NCBI GenBank assembly: GCA_963666985.2
Contig: CAXXIA010000001.1
Span: 1,376,001 to 1,440,000, forward strand
Source of the DNA: Spirochaetia bacterium
GTDB taxonomy: Bacteria; Spirochaetota; Spirochaetia; DSM-2461
DNA length: 64,000 bases
Reading direction: 5' to 3'
Under the pieces are notes generated by a model that was not told the DNA's origin, did not search any database, and saw nothing but the letters and a program-made list of their open reading frames with translations. A program made the translations under genes and the position numbers. Each line of letters begins with the position of its first letter. The first letter of the stretch is position 1. This document shows, in pieces, positions 1-9,725 of this stretch.

Positions 1-17
1 TCTCTCTTATGGATTTA

Positions 18-158
18 ACCGGCTGTTGAAAAACGACCTTATGGTGCGTATGCAGCGTTCGACGGTGCTCGAAATGCTCATGTAGCGCTACTACACTGCG
101 CTTCCTGCGCTCCGGCGGCCTTGCCTTCGAACCAAATCTCTTTTTTTCAACAGCCTGT
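18..158. mobile_element. MITE-like non-autonomous element (~141 bp) with terminal inverted repeats
   Basis: ACCGGCTGTTGAAAAA (18-33) is an inverted repeat of TTTTTCAACAGCCTGT (143-158) with 15/16 matches; TA flanks both sides (16-17, 159-160); no internal transposase. Confidence 0.75.
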
Positions 159-563
159 TATATCGGGAATGAAGCTGAGAACAATTTCCCGCCTTCCTCT
201 CGGGCCGTCGAACTCACAAAGGAAAATATTCTGCCATTGTGAGAGTCCGAGCGCCCCATCTATTACGGGGATGGTCTCCGAAGGACCGACCAGGCCGGCT
301 TTCATGTGACTGTCTCCGTTTCCATCTTGCTTATCGTGTTCCCATACCCCTCTCGGAGCGATTATAGCCATCATTTTCACAACATCCAACGGCACACTGT
401 CGTCCCAATTTTCCTGAATCATAATCGCGGCCGTGGCGCCCCGAACATAAACGGAGCAAATTCCGTCCGTTATGCCGGTATCGGCTAATGCGGCGCGAAC
501 CGCGGGCGTAATGTCGTACAGCTCTTCTCTTTGCCGGGTAGCGACGGTAATGATGCGCCTCAT
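147..563 (-). CDS. yjbQ: YjbQ/UPF0047 family protein (secondary thiamine-phosphate synthase family)
   Basis: TAAIMIQEN, NGDSHMKA and LSQWQNIFLCEFDGPR motifs; GGAGG SD. Confidence 0.9.
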   Translation of the reverse strand: MRRIITVATRQREELYDITPAVRAALADTGITDGICSVYVRGATAAIMIQENWDDSVPLDVVKMMAIIAPRGVWEHDKQDGNGDSHMKAGLVGPSETIPVIDGALGLSQWQNIFLCEFDGPRGRREIVLSFIPDITGC

Positions 564-733
564 AAATCCCCTCCCCTCTCTCCCGATCCGGTTTGCCGAA
601 AAGAAGGATTATGCCGCGGCAAGAACATAGATTTGTCGTCATTCATTGAATCAATGTACAAAAAAAAATCCATATCGGTAAATTTTTATTGCATCCGATT
701 GCGCGGTAAAGAATCGGACGTTCCGTAAGGAAC

Positions 734-762
734 TTGCCCGTTTGGCATCGGATGCCTATGAT
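734..762 (+). promoter_or_regulatory. putative sigma70 promoter of galK, with a palindrome in the spacer
   Basis: TTGCCC-N17-TATGAT; spacer contains GGCATC-G-GATGCC (744-756). Confidence 0.5.
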
Positions 763-772
763 AGGGATGCTT

Positions 773-2068
773 ATGTCTACACATGATATCGAATCGGCAC
801 TTCAGTCCGGGAAATACGACGAAACGTTCTCTCTGATTTACGGCTCCGAGAATCCGGTATTCCACCGTGAACGCTGGAGTAAGCTTATCAAAACCCATAA
901 AGGGCGAACCGGAAATGACGACATCAGGCTCTTTTCCGCTCCGGGACGCACCGAACTCGCCGGGAACCATACGGACCACAACAGGGGTAAGGTTCTGGCG
1001 GCGGGAATCCAGCTGGATACCATCGCGGCGGTATCCCTTACGAAAAGCGATGATCCCGACTCCATGACCGCGGAAATCGTCTCCGAAGGATACCCTCCCG
1101 TTCGCGTGGATCTCTCACGGCTGGATAAAATCGATGCCGAAGAAGGCCGCACCGATTCGCTTGTGCGGGGCATAGCCGCCTCCATAATCGCGCGCGGAGG
1201 AAAAATCGGCGGTTTTCGGGCCGATACGACCAGCCGCGTTCTCAAAGGTTCGGGCTTAAGTTCATCGGCGGCGCTGGAAGTGCTTGTCGGATCGATCTAC
1301 AACGAGCTTTTCAACGAAGGACGCTTCTCACCGGTGGAATTGGCCGTTATGGGCCAGGAAGCCGAGAATATCTATTTCGGGAAACCCTGCGGATTAATGG
1401 ACCAAACGGCCTGTGCCGTCGGCGGCGCGGTCGCCATCGATTTCGCCGATCCCGCGAAGCCCGCCGTGGAACCCATTGCCGCCGATTTCGCCGCGGCGGG
1501 CTATACTCTGGCCGTCGTCGATTCCGGAGGAGACCATGCCGACCTTACTCCCGATTATGCCGCCATCCCCGCGGAAATGAAGTCCGTGGCGGCCGAGTTC
1601 CATGCCGGCGTGCTCAGGGAAATCAAAGAAGAGGACTTCTATGGGAGTCTTTCTAAAATCCGCGAGAAAACCGGCGACAGGGCCGTGCTTCGCGCGCTTC
1701 ATTTTTTTGACGAGAACCGGCGCGTCGGATTGATGGTGGACGCTCTGAAAGCCGGCGATATCGAGACATATCTGGAAGGAGCACGGAAATCAGGAGATTC
1801 CTCATACCGTTTCCTTCAAAACGTCTTTTCCCCGCGCCATGTCGACAAACAGGCCGTTTCGCTGGCTTTGGCTCTCACCGAACGTTTTCTGAAAGGAACA
1901 GGTGCCTGCCGTGTCCACGGCGGCGGTTTCGCGGGAACCGTCCAGGTTTTTGTTCCATCGGAACGCTTCGCCGAATACGTCGGCTATATCGAACCGTTTT
2001 TCGGCGGAGGATCCGTTGTTCCGCTTTCCGTGCGTCCTTTGCCGGTCGGTGAAATAACAGGCCGCTGA
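773..2068 (+). CDS. galK: galactokinase (GHMP kinase)
   Basis: APGRTELAGNHTDHN, GSGLSSSAA, CGLMDQ and RVHGGGFAG motifs; start chosen at ATG 773 (767 possible). Confidence 0.92.
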   Translation: MSTHDIESALQSGKYDETFSLIYGSENPVFHRERWSKLIKTHKGRTGNDDIRLFSAPGRTELAGNHTDHNRGKVLAAGIQLDTIAAVSLTKSDDPDSMTAEIVSEGYPPVRVDLSRLDKIDAEEGRTDSLVRGIAASIIARGGKIGGFRADTTSRVLKGSGLSSSAALEVLVGSIYNELFNEGRFSPVELAVMGQEAENIYFGKPCGLMDQTACAVGGAVAIDFADPAKPAVEPIAADFAAAGYTLAVVDSGGDHADLTPDYAAIPAEMKSVAAEFHAGVLREIKEEDFYGSLSKIREKTGDRAVLRALHFFDENRRVGLMVDALKAGDIETYLEGARKSGDSSYRFLQNVFSPRHVDKQAVSLALALTERFLKGTGACRVHGGGFAGTVQVFVPSERFAEYVGYIEPFFGGGSVVPLSVRPLPVGEITGR

Positions 2069-2152
2069 ACCCTCTTGACCAGTTGATGCGAAAACGGCCA
2101 TTGATAGGAGCAACCGCACCATTTGCGAATAAAGAGTAACAGGAGAACCAAC

Positions 2153-3811
2153 ATGTCCGATTTATCCCCGCTGCAGAAAGTCCGATACGAATACGAGGCG
2201 AAGCTGCCCGAAGTCCTCAAAGGGGAAATAACCGATATCACCGTCGCCATGGGAGAAGCTACCGAATCCGTCGCGGATCAAATGCAGCTCCGCGATCTTT
2301 TTCCGCTGACATACGGTGCGCCTGTTGTCCGTTTCGCGAAAGGTTCGAATCCCATGATCGGTAAAGCACACAGAGTCGGTGTTATTCTTTCGGGCGGCCA
2401 AGCACCCGGCGGGCATAACGTTATCGCCGGCATCTTCGACGCTTTAAAAAAGGCCAATCCCGAAAGCGAACTGATCGGCTTCAAAGGCGGTCCTTCGGGG
2501 ATTATCAATGACGATACGATGCTGATAACGCAAGAAATCATGGACGCATACCGCAATACCGGCGGTTTCGACATCATCGGCTCCGGCCGCACCAAGCTGG
2601 AGAACGAAGATCAGTTCGAAAAAAGCCTCGCCACCTGCCGGAAACACAATATCGACGGCATCGTCATCATCGGAGGCGACGACTCCAACACCAACGGAGC
2701 CGTGCTGGCCGAATGGTTCAAAAAGAAAAACGCCGGTATCACCGTGGTCGGCTGTCCGAAAACCATCGACGGCGATTTAAAGAACGAACACATCGAAACG
2801 TCCTTCGGATTCGATACCGCGACAAAAACGTTCTCGGAACTCATCGGCAACATTGAAAAGGATGCGAATTCCGCGAAAAAGTACTGGCATTTCATCAAGC
2901 TGATGGGCCGCAGCGCCAGCCACATCGCTCTGGAGTGCGCCCTGCAAACTCAACCGAATGTCTGCGTTATTTCCGAAGAAGTGAAAAAGAAGAACATGAG
3001 CCTGGATGATGTCGTCGACGGAATCGCCGATGTCATCGTTGCCCGGGCCGCCCGCGGAATGAATTTCGGCGTGGTGCTGATCCCCGAGGGTCTTATCGAA
3101 TTTATTCCGGAAGTGGGCCGGCTTATATCCGAACTGAACGATTTACTGGCGAAAGAAGCGGACTATTTCAATACGCTTAAAACCGTTGAAGACCAGAGGG
3201 AGTGGGTGAATCACGAACTCTCACGGGATTCTTCCTATATTTTTTCATCCCTCCCCCGCGGCATTCAGATGCAGCTTTTGGATGATCGCGATCCTCATGG
3301 GAACGTACAGGTGAGCCGAATCGAAACCGAGAAGCTGCTTATTGAACTCACGGATGAAAAACTGAACCGTCTGAAGCTTAAGGGCGAATATAACGGGAAG
3401 TTCAGCGCTCTGGCTCATTTCTTCGGCTACGAAGGCCGCTGCGCGTTTCCGTCGAATTTCGATGCCGACTACTGTTACAGCCTGGGTTACTCGGCATTCC
3501 TCCTCTTGACGGCCGGACTTACCGGATATATCGCGAATCTCGCCGACCTCCACAAGAGCGCCGATCAATGGATTCCCGGCGGTGTTCCTCTGACAATGAT
3601 GATGAACATGGAGCAGCGGCATGGTCAGCGGAAACCGGTTATCCGCAAAGCTCTGGTTGAAATCGACGGCGCCCCCTTCAAGACCTTTACGGTCAAGAGA
3701 GACGAATGGGCCGTGGAAACCTCTTATACCTTCCCCGGCGCCATTCAGTACTTCGGTCCGCCGGAAGTTTGTGATCAGCCGACAAAGACACTGAAGCTGG
3801 AAAAAGCCTAG
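2153..3811 (+). CDS. pfp: pyrophosphate-dependent phosphofructokinase (long, ~60 kDa type)
   Basis: [17 protein letters not shown] (Asp typical of PPi type), PKTIDGD, MGRSASH; AGGAG SD before ATG 2153. Confidence 0.95.
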   Translation: MSDLSPLQKVRYEYEAKLPEVLKGEITDITVAMGEATESVADQMQLRDLFPLTYGAPVVRFAKGSNPMIGKAHRVGVILSGGQAPGGHNVIAGIFDALKKANPESELIGFKGGPSGIINDDTMLITQEIMDAYRNTGGFDIIGSGRTKLENEDQFEKSLATCRKHNIDGIVIIGGDDSNTNGAVLAEWFKKKNAGITVVGCPKTIDGDLKNEHIETSFGFDTATKTFSELIGNIEKDANSAKKYWHFIKLMGRSASHIALECALQTQPNVCVISEEVKKKNMSLDDVVDGIADVIVARAARGMNFGVVLIPEGLIEFIPEVGRLISELNDLLAKEADYFNTLKTVEDQREWVNHELSRDSSYIFSSLPRGIQMQLLDDRDPHGNVQVSRIETEKLLIELTDEKLNRLKLKGEYNGKFSALAHFFGYEGRCAFPSNFDADYCYSLGYSAFLLLTAGLTGYIANLADLHKSADQWIPGGVPLTMMMNMEQRHGQRKPVIRKALVEIDGAPFKTFTVKRDEWAVETSYTFPGAIQYFGPPEVCDQPTKTLKLEKA

Positions 3812-3853
3812 TTTTTCGTCGCTGAAAATCGCTCGCATTGAGAATACAGAATT

Positions 3854-3894
3854 TCACCTCTCTCTCCTTTTAAGAGGGCGGGGTGATTTTTTTT
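3854..3894 (+). terminator. putative intrinsic terminator after pfp
   Basis: imperfect stem TCACC...GGTGA followed by T8. Confidence 0.6.
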
Positions 3895-3932
3895 GTGCTC
3901 CCGGTACCGCTTTTTTTCCGGCATGGGGCTAT

Positions 3933-5141
3933 TCAGCCCGAAGGATTTCCGCCGCGCAGGAGGCGTTCATACACCGGTGAAGTTCCCGTATCGAGAATCG
4001 TCTTGATAATCCGTTCCGTTGCCGGTCCGACACCGCCCAAACTCCTGAGATGTTTCCAGGCGGCAGGTGATTCAAGAGGGATTTCCAATTGAGCCAGGGA
4101 GCCTCCCGCACGGTAATAGGCGGATGTCAGCCCCCGTTCCCTCATTAAATCTCCCATCTGAAAAAGAATGATCGCCGCCCTCTCGGCCGAACTTAAATTT
4201 TCCGGAAAAAGGCTTGCCGGTATACGCCGCGGCAGTCCGTAGCGCTTGGAGATTTCATGGATAAGCGGTGAGAAATAGTCGTAATAGGCCGATGAAGCAC
4301 CGCCCCATCGATCATAAACGGGGCCGTAAACCGTTTCATAATCAGCGGAGACATTGGGAAAATGATCGGCGGCGGCCTTCATGAAATAATCCCATTGCCT
4401 TCCCCTCTTCAGCGTCATTGATCCTGATGCGGCAAAGTCCGCCCCGGCCTCACGGGCCTCCCGAAAAGCGGCATCAAGAAGCTTCGGCGAATCCGTTATC
4501 AGCGGAACAACGGGCAGCAGCATCACCCCCGCGCCGAATCCGGCGGCCTTGGCTTCGCGGATTACGCGCAGCCTCTCGCTCGGCAAAGAGGCTCCCGGCT
4601 CAAGGATACGGCCGAGTCCGTCATCCGCGGAGGAAAGGCTTACGGCTACGGTAACGCGGCATCTCTCGTTCAATTTCGCCAATAAGTCGAAATCGCGGAG
4701 AATCAAAGTGGATTTTGTTAAAATCAGTAAGGGATAAGGAAACACTTCGAAGAGTTCCAGAACGCGCCTTGTCAAGCGAAGCTTTTTTTCGGCCGGCTGC
4801 CATGAATCACAGACTCCGCCGCCGATAAAAAGATACCCTGGATTAAAAGGCTTGCGCCTCCTCCGGGGATCAAGCTCCCGGATCAGAATTTCCGGAGCGT
4901 TTTCCTTATAGACAATTTCATGCGCGAAATCACCTTCGACACGATAGCTTTCGCTTCGGCCGTCGCAATAGGCGCAATCGTGCGCACAGCCGCGATACAG
5001 ATTCATTCCCGCTCTGGAAATGAACCAGGAATCGAGAGATTTTCGCTTGATGAGAACCGTCTTTGCCCGAATCGGCCGAGCGGCGGCGAAAGCCGCTTCT
5101 TCTTGCATGCTAGGCGGCTGAAGAACACAGATCTGAATCAA
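3933..5141 (-). CDS. radical SAM protein (SplB/Rv2578c-like) with C-terminal helix-hairpin-helix domain
   Basis: NLYRGCAHDCAYC (CxxxCxxC), DSWQPAE, ILTKS, LEPGA...ERL; C-terminus AYYRA...LGGVGPATERIIKTILDTG. Confidence 0.85.
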   Translation of the reverse strand: MIQICVLQPPSMQEEAAFAAARPIRAKTVLIKRKSLDSWFISRAGMNLYRGCAHDCAYCDGRSESYRVEGDFAHEIVYKENAPEILIRELDPRRRRKPFNPGYLFIGGGVCDSWQPAEKKLRLTRRVLELFEVFPYPLLILTKSTLILRDFDLLAKLNERCRVTVAVSLSSADDGLGRILEPGASLPSERLRVIREAKAAGFGAGVMLLPVVPLITDSPKLLDAAFREAREAGADFAASGSMTLKRGRQWDYFMKAAADHFPNVSADYETVYGPVYDRWGGASSAYYDYFSPLIHEISKRYGLPRRIPASLFPENLSSAERAAIILFQMGDLMRERGLTSAYYRAGGSLAQLEIPLESPAAWKHLRSLGGVGPATERIIKTILDTGTSPVYERLLRGGNPSG

Positions 5142-5503
5142 TTATCATGAAAATCACCTCTCTCCACGATGACTTTCATGATGTCCGTCACGATACCCAT
5201 ATCCATCTCGACGGCCCACTCATTAACCAGTTCTTTCAAGAATTCCCAATCTTCGTCCGTAAGAGCGCTTGCCTCGGCCGCCCAAACGCCGGTCAGAATC
5301 TCCAATAGCTCTTCGGATCTGTATACGGATTCCTCGTCTATCGGACCGGGGAAAAAATATGCCGCGAGCTCCTCGGCCATGCTGCGGGGAACGGGAGCGC
5401 AGCGCGCCAGGGTTTCCCTCATGTCGGCACCGATGTCTTCATCGTTATCCCAGCCGTGTTTCTTCTTTGAGCGCTTCCACGCACGGACCAAATCACCTTC
5501 CAT
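5138..5503 (-). CDS. hypothetical acidic 121-aa protein, translationally coupled to the radical SAM gene
   Basis: 3' part of ORF 5138..6145 from ATG 5503; ATGA overlap with the next start; the upstream part of the long ORF is antisense to the dCMP deaminase. Confidence 0.7.
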   Translation of the reverse strand: MEGDLVRAWKRSKKKHGWDNDEDIGADMRETLARCAPVPRSMAEELAAYFFPGPIDEESVYRSEELLEILTGVWAAEASALTDEDWEFLKELVNEWAVEMDMGIVTDIMKVIVERGDFHDN

Positions 5504-5509
5504 GGTTCC

Positions 5510-5519
5510 ATGATATAAT
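5510..5519. promoter_or_regulatory. overlapping divergent -10 elements
   Basis: + strand TG-A-TATAAT (5511-5519); - strand TATCAT (5515-5510), 6 nt from ATG 5503. Confidence 0.5.
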
Positions 5520-5545
5520 GCGCCGCACAGAGAGGGGAATAAAAA

Positions 5546-6025
5546 ATGGACCAAACCGATGTCAGGCCGTCTTGGGACGAATATTTCATGCAGGTGGCAA
5601 ACACGATTGCTCAAAGGGCGACTTGCGACCGAGGACGGAGCGGATGTGTTATCGTAAAAGACAGGCAAATCCTCGCTTCCGGATATGTGGGAGCTCCGCC
5701 GGGACTGCCTCACTGCGATGAGGTGGGCCATCTGTTCGAAACAACCATCCATTCGGACGGTGTGGAACGGCGCCATTGCGTCAGAACCGTGCATGCCGAG
5801 CAGAACGCCATTTGTCAGGCCGCCAAGAGGGGTGTGGCTCTTGACGGAGCCACGCTCTACTGCCGCATGACTCCCTGCCGAACCTGCGCCATGCTTATCA
5901 TAAGCTGCGGTATCAAACGCGTGCTCTGTGAACGGAAGTACCATGCCGGAGAAGAATCGGAACAAATGTTTTCCCAAGCCGGTGTGAACATTGAATTTGT
6001 CCATGAAGAAGTTCAGGAATACTGA
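5546..6025 (+). CDS. dCMP deaminase (ComEB/cytidine deaminase family)
   Basis: RPSWDEYFM, RATC, HAEQNA and PCRTC zinc motifs. Confidence 0.92.
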   Translation: MDQTDVRPSWDEYFMQVANTIAQRATCDRGRSGCVIVKDRQILASGYVGAPPGLPHCDEVGHLFETTIHSDGVERRHCVRTVHAEQNAICQAAKRGVALDGATLYCRMTPCRTCAMLIISCGIKRVLCERKYHAGEESEQMFSQAGVNIEFVHEEVQEY

Positions 6026-6044
6026 GAAACAAAAAGGACCGGGG

Positions 6045-7301
6045 CTAATCCATATTCGGATAAAATTCGGAGATTCTGTTTCGTCCCGTCCGTTTTGAAA
6101 CGTACATGGCATGATCGGCCCGACGGATGCATTCGACGGGATCATCGGACCAGAACTCCGATCCTAATACTCCAATGCTCATGGAAACGGATTCGGATCC
6201 TTCCCAGTTTCCCAATAACGCCGGAAGCCTGCCGCGGAAATCATCCATGATATCCTGCGCGATTTTCAAGGATTTCTCTTTCGTTCCGTCGGCAAGAAGA
6301 ACCAGAAATTCATCTCCTCCGAATCTGGCTGAAACATCCGTTTTTCGCATATGAGACTTCAGAACCGAACCGACTTCCTGAATTAAAGTATCCCCCACAT
6401 GATGCCCAAGCTCGTCATTGACCGATTTAAAATGATCGATATCGATGAAAAATATAAAATCCTTCGAAATATTTCGGGATAAATACGCGATTCTCTCCTG
6501 AATCCTTCTGATAAAATACATTCGTGTAAAAAGTCCGGAGAGACTGTCGGACATAAGATCATGCTGCATTTCGTCGTTTTCTCTCCGAACCCGTATCAGC
6601 TCTTCGTGCCGCTCTTCAGCCACCCCGGCGTTATATATCGCAAGACACAGAGCCATAACGATGGAACCGAATGTCATTACCGTCGGAGCATTATGGAGAA
6701 CAGCGGCAAAAATTCCGTTAAAAATCGTTTCCAGGAACCAATATGAGAAACCGATGATTAAAGGCATTATCTGATGCCGTTTCTTTTTGTTCGGAATGAT
6801 GACAATGATGAACCGAACCAGAATAACACCGCAGAAGAGGAAGATTACCATTAAAAAAGGAATGAAATAGGGGCCCTTTAAAACCGTTGAGGTTTCTCCA
6901 TCGGGAAGAAACTCAGGAATAAAAAGCCCTTCCCAGGGAAGAAAAATAATCCCTACAAGCACTACGGCGGCGATTCGAAAAAGCCAGTCGAAAAAACGGC
7001 TTTCCCAGCCGGCGATTTCCCTCGCCACAATATAACATGAAAATACGGTCGCGGCCCCTCCGGAATAACAAATCCTCGTCCAGAAAAGCACCCAGCCGAC
7101 ATCGGTTCCCGACGAATACATCGAATACCCTAAAAGGTAGAGAAAAAGAGTCGTTAAAAAACCGGAAAGAGCGAGAACCATCCGATCGCTGCTGATAACC
7201 AAATAGTAAAACAGATGGTAAACGGCGAATGCCAGGGTAATCGCCGCGCTTATGAAACTTATGGCCGTATTGAGATGAATCGAGTAATAAGGCAAAATCA
7301 C
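6045..7301 (-). CDS. diguanylate cyclase with N-terminal multi-pass (about 7 TM) membrane domain
   Basis: DIDHFKSVNDELGH, RKTD I-site, RFGGDEF, ADHAMYVSK; hydrophobic N-terminal ~225 aa; GGAGG before GTG. Confidence 0.9.
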   Translation of the reverse strand: MILPYYSIHLNTAISFISAAITLAFAVYHLFYYLVISSDRMVLALSGFLTTLFLYLLGYSMYSSGTDVGWVLFWTRICYSGGAATVFSCYIVAREIAGWESRFFDWLFRIAAVVLVGIIFLPWEGLFIPEFLPDGETSTVLKGPYFIPFLMVIFLFCGVILVRFIIVIIPNKKKRHQIMPLIIGFSYWFLETIFNGIFAAVLHNAPTVMTFGSIVMALCLAIYNAGVAEERHEELIRVRRENDEMQHDLMSDSLSGLFTRMYFIRRIQERIAYLSRNISKDFIFFIDIDHFKSVNDELGHHVGDTLIQEVGSVLKSHMRKTDVSARFGGDEFLVLLADGTKEKSLKIAQDIMDDFRGRLPALLGNWEGSESVSMSIGVLGSEFWSDDPVECIRRADHAMYVSKRTGRNRISEFYPNMD

Positions 7302-7490
7302 CTCCGGATTCCTGTAATTATAGTTCTTCCGTGATGATTTTCCCGCCGGCTCTCCGTTTCGAATCGGAGGGGTTTCGGCCGTCGGATATAAGCACTTTCA
7401 CGGATTATAAGATTGCCTTACCAAGCTAACGATTTCTGGAAAAAAATCCGTTATGCAACAATACTATAAGTCTAAGGCTGTCCGAAAACT

Positions 7491-9725
7491 ATGGAAAAAA
7501 ACGACGCAACATTCCAGTTCGCGCAAGAAGAGAAAGCGGTTGATCATCTCGAAAACATCGAACCTTGGACCTTCCTTATTGTCGACGATGAACCGGAAGT
7601 GCACCATGCAACCGAATTTTCATTTCGCGATGTAACCATCTTTAACAGACCCATTACTCTTCTCAATGCTTATTCGGCCTCCGAAGGGGCTGAGATTCTC
7701 AAAGAACACCCGAACGTTGAAATCGTTTTTCTCGACGTCATCATGGAAACCGATAACGCGGGTCTCGAGCTGGTAAAAACAATTCGGGAGCAATTGAAGC
7801 TCTGGAAACCGCGAATCATTCTCAGAACGGGGCAGCCGGGTCTTACACCCGTCATAGATACCATTACTCGTTATGATATCAATGATTATGTCACAAAAAG
7901 CGAACTGACCCGCTCCCGTCTCCTTACAATCGTAATTGCTTCACTGCGTGCATGGCTGCAATTGGATAAAATCGAAACGAACCGGCTGCGATTGGAAAAA
8001 ATGATCCATTACAGCGGTGAATTAATCGGAAAATCGGTACTGGAAGACTTCGCGGAAGGGGTTATTTCACAAATCGCCGGATTCCTTTCGCTGAGGCCGG
8101 AAGGGATCTTCTGCGCGGAAGAAACCCATGACGAATCGAATGACCATGATATCGATCTAAGGCACTGCCGCATCGTGGCGGCGGCCGGTCAGTTCAAACC
8201 GCTCATTAATCGAACTCTTGTAGCCGTTCGCGATAAAAGCATCCTTAATGATTTATACAAAGCTTATCGTCTCGGACAGCCGCATATAACACCCAGAAGT
8301 CTGACGCTTTTTTTCAGGGAACCCTCCGCCGGGAAACGGTACGCCGTATGGATTCGGCTCTCCGGGACAATACATCCTCCCGATTCCGGGTTGCTGAATC
8401 TGTTTGGAAGCAACATTATCCTGGCGATACGAAATATTGAGCTTGTCGACAGATTAAAAAGGCAGGCATGGGAGGATTCTCTTCTGGGTCTGCCGAATCT
8501 GGCGGCCTTCCATCAGCATATTTCACAACTGAAGAATCAATCCGGCACTTGGATTGTGGCCGTACAGGACGTGGATCGGTTCTCCCAAATCAACGATACG
8601 TTCGGACACGAATACGGGAATATGCTCCTGCAGGCCATCGTGGAACATAACGGAGGCATTCTGAATCCGCGTGTTTTCATAAGCCGTATCAGCGCCGATG
8701 TTTTCGCGTTCATCGGACCGGAAGAAACACTGACGAACCGGATTCTGGATCAGCTCACGAAGGCTCATCTGGTCATTGAAAAGACGGAGCACTATGTAAC
8801 GTTCTGTGTCGGATCGGTCCGGATTAATCCTCAAAACGACGAACGGGAAGCTTTGAAAAACGCTTCACTGGCACTCAAGCGCGCAAAATCCGAAGGGATT
8901 GGAACGCGGATAGAATATTCGGAAGCCATCGGGATGGAAATCAGAAACCGCATAAGACTTCTGACCGATCTGCAGGCGGCCTTCGATAAAAAACAGCTTT
9001 TTCTCGTTTTTCAGCCGCAATTCCGAATATCCGACAAAAAAGTCGTGGGCTTCGAAGCCCTGATTCGCTGGAGAATCGAAGACGGTTCTTTTATCAGTCC
9101 GGAGATTTTCATTCCCCTTGCCGAACAAAGCGGAATCATGTCCGATCTCGGTCTGTGGATTATTCACCAGGCTCTGAACGCCCACCGGAAAATCCGCGAT
9201 TCGGGGCACCCCGGACTCAAAATGGCCATCAATGTCTCGCCGATGCAGCTTTCCGAACCGGCATGTCTGACGCAGCTGGATGAGGCACTGGAAGAAATGA
9301 AGATTTCTCCGGAAGAAATCGAGCTTGAGATAACCGAATCCGTCGCCATCATCGGAACCGAAAGAATCTTGAGCCTGTTTAACGCGATTCGATCCCGCCG
9401 CATCAGTCTTGCCGTCGATGATTTCGGAACCGGGTATTCTTCCCTGGGCTCCGTCGATCAATGGCCCATCGACCGTTTGAAGATCGATAAAACCTTCATC
9501 CAGAAAATCGGTGAAGGAAAAAATGATACGCGTATTATTGAAATGATTATTCCCATGGCAAAAAAGCTCTCCCTTATAACTCTTGCCGAAGGAGTGGAAA
9601 CAGAAGAGCAGTTTCTGCGGTTAAAAGAACTCGGATGTGACGAAATTCAGGGCTTTCTTCTGGGAAAACCGATGGTTCTTCCGGATCTTCTCGAATGGAT
9701 GAATAAGGACGTCGTCGAACAATGA
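7491..9725 (+). CDS. REC - DUF3369-like - degenerate GGDEF - EAL c-di-GMP phosphodiesterase
   Basis: IVDDE, FLDVIME and LRTGQPG (REC); SADVF in place of GGDEF; EALIRW, ELEITES, DDFGTGYSSL, KID, AEGVE, QGF. Confidence 0.9.
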   Translation: MEKNDATFQFAQEEKAVDHLENIEPWTFLIVDDEPEVHHATEFSFRDVTIFNRPITLLNAYSASEGAEILKEHPNVEIVFLDVIMETDNAGLELVKTIREQLKLWKPRIILRTGQPGLTPVIDTITRYDINDYVTKSELTRSRLLTIVIASLRAWLQLDKIETNRLRLEKMIHYSGELIGKSVLEDFAEGVISQIAGFLSLRPEGIFCAEETHDESNDHDIDLRHCRIVAAAGQFKPLINRTLVAVRDKSILNDLYKAYRLGQPHITPRSLTLFFREPSAGKRYAVWIRLSGTIHPPDSGLLNLFGSNIILAIRNIELVDRLKRQAWEDSLLGLPNLAAFHQHISQLKNQSGTWIVAVQDVDRFSQINDTFGHEYGNMLLQAIVEHNGGILNPRVFISRISADVFAFIGPEETLTNRILDQLTKAHLVIEKTEHYVTFCVGSVRINPQNDEREALKNASLALKRAKSEGIGTRIEYSEAIGMEIRNRIRLLTDLQAAFDKKQLFLVFQPQFRISDKKVVGFEALIRWRIEDGSFISPEIFIPLAEQSGIMSDLGLWIIHQALNAHRKIRDSGHPGLKMAINVSPMQLSEPACLTQLDEALEEMKISPEEIELEITESVAIIGTERILSLFNAIRSRRISLAVDDFGTGYSSLGSVDQWPIDRLKIDKTFIQKIGEGKNDTRIIEMIIPMAKKLSLITLAEGVETEEQFLRLKELGCDEIQGFLLGKPMVLPDLLEWMNKDVVEQ

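Noticed and set aside
5504..6145. 5' part of the 335-aa minus ORF
   Set aside because: It is antisense to the dCMP deaminase; only the last 121 codons look like a real gene.
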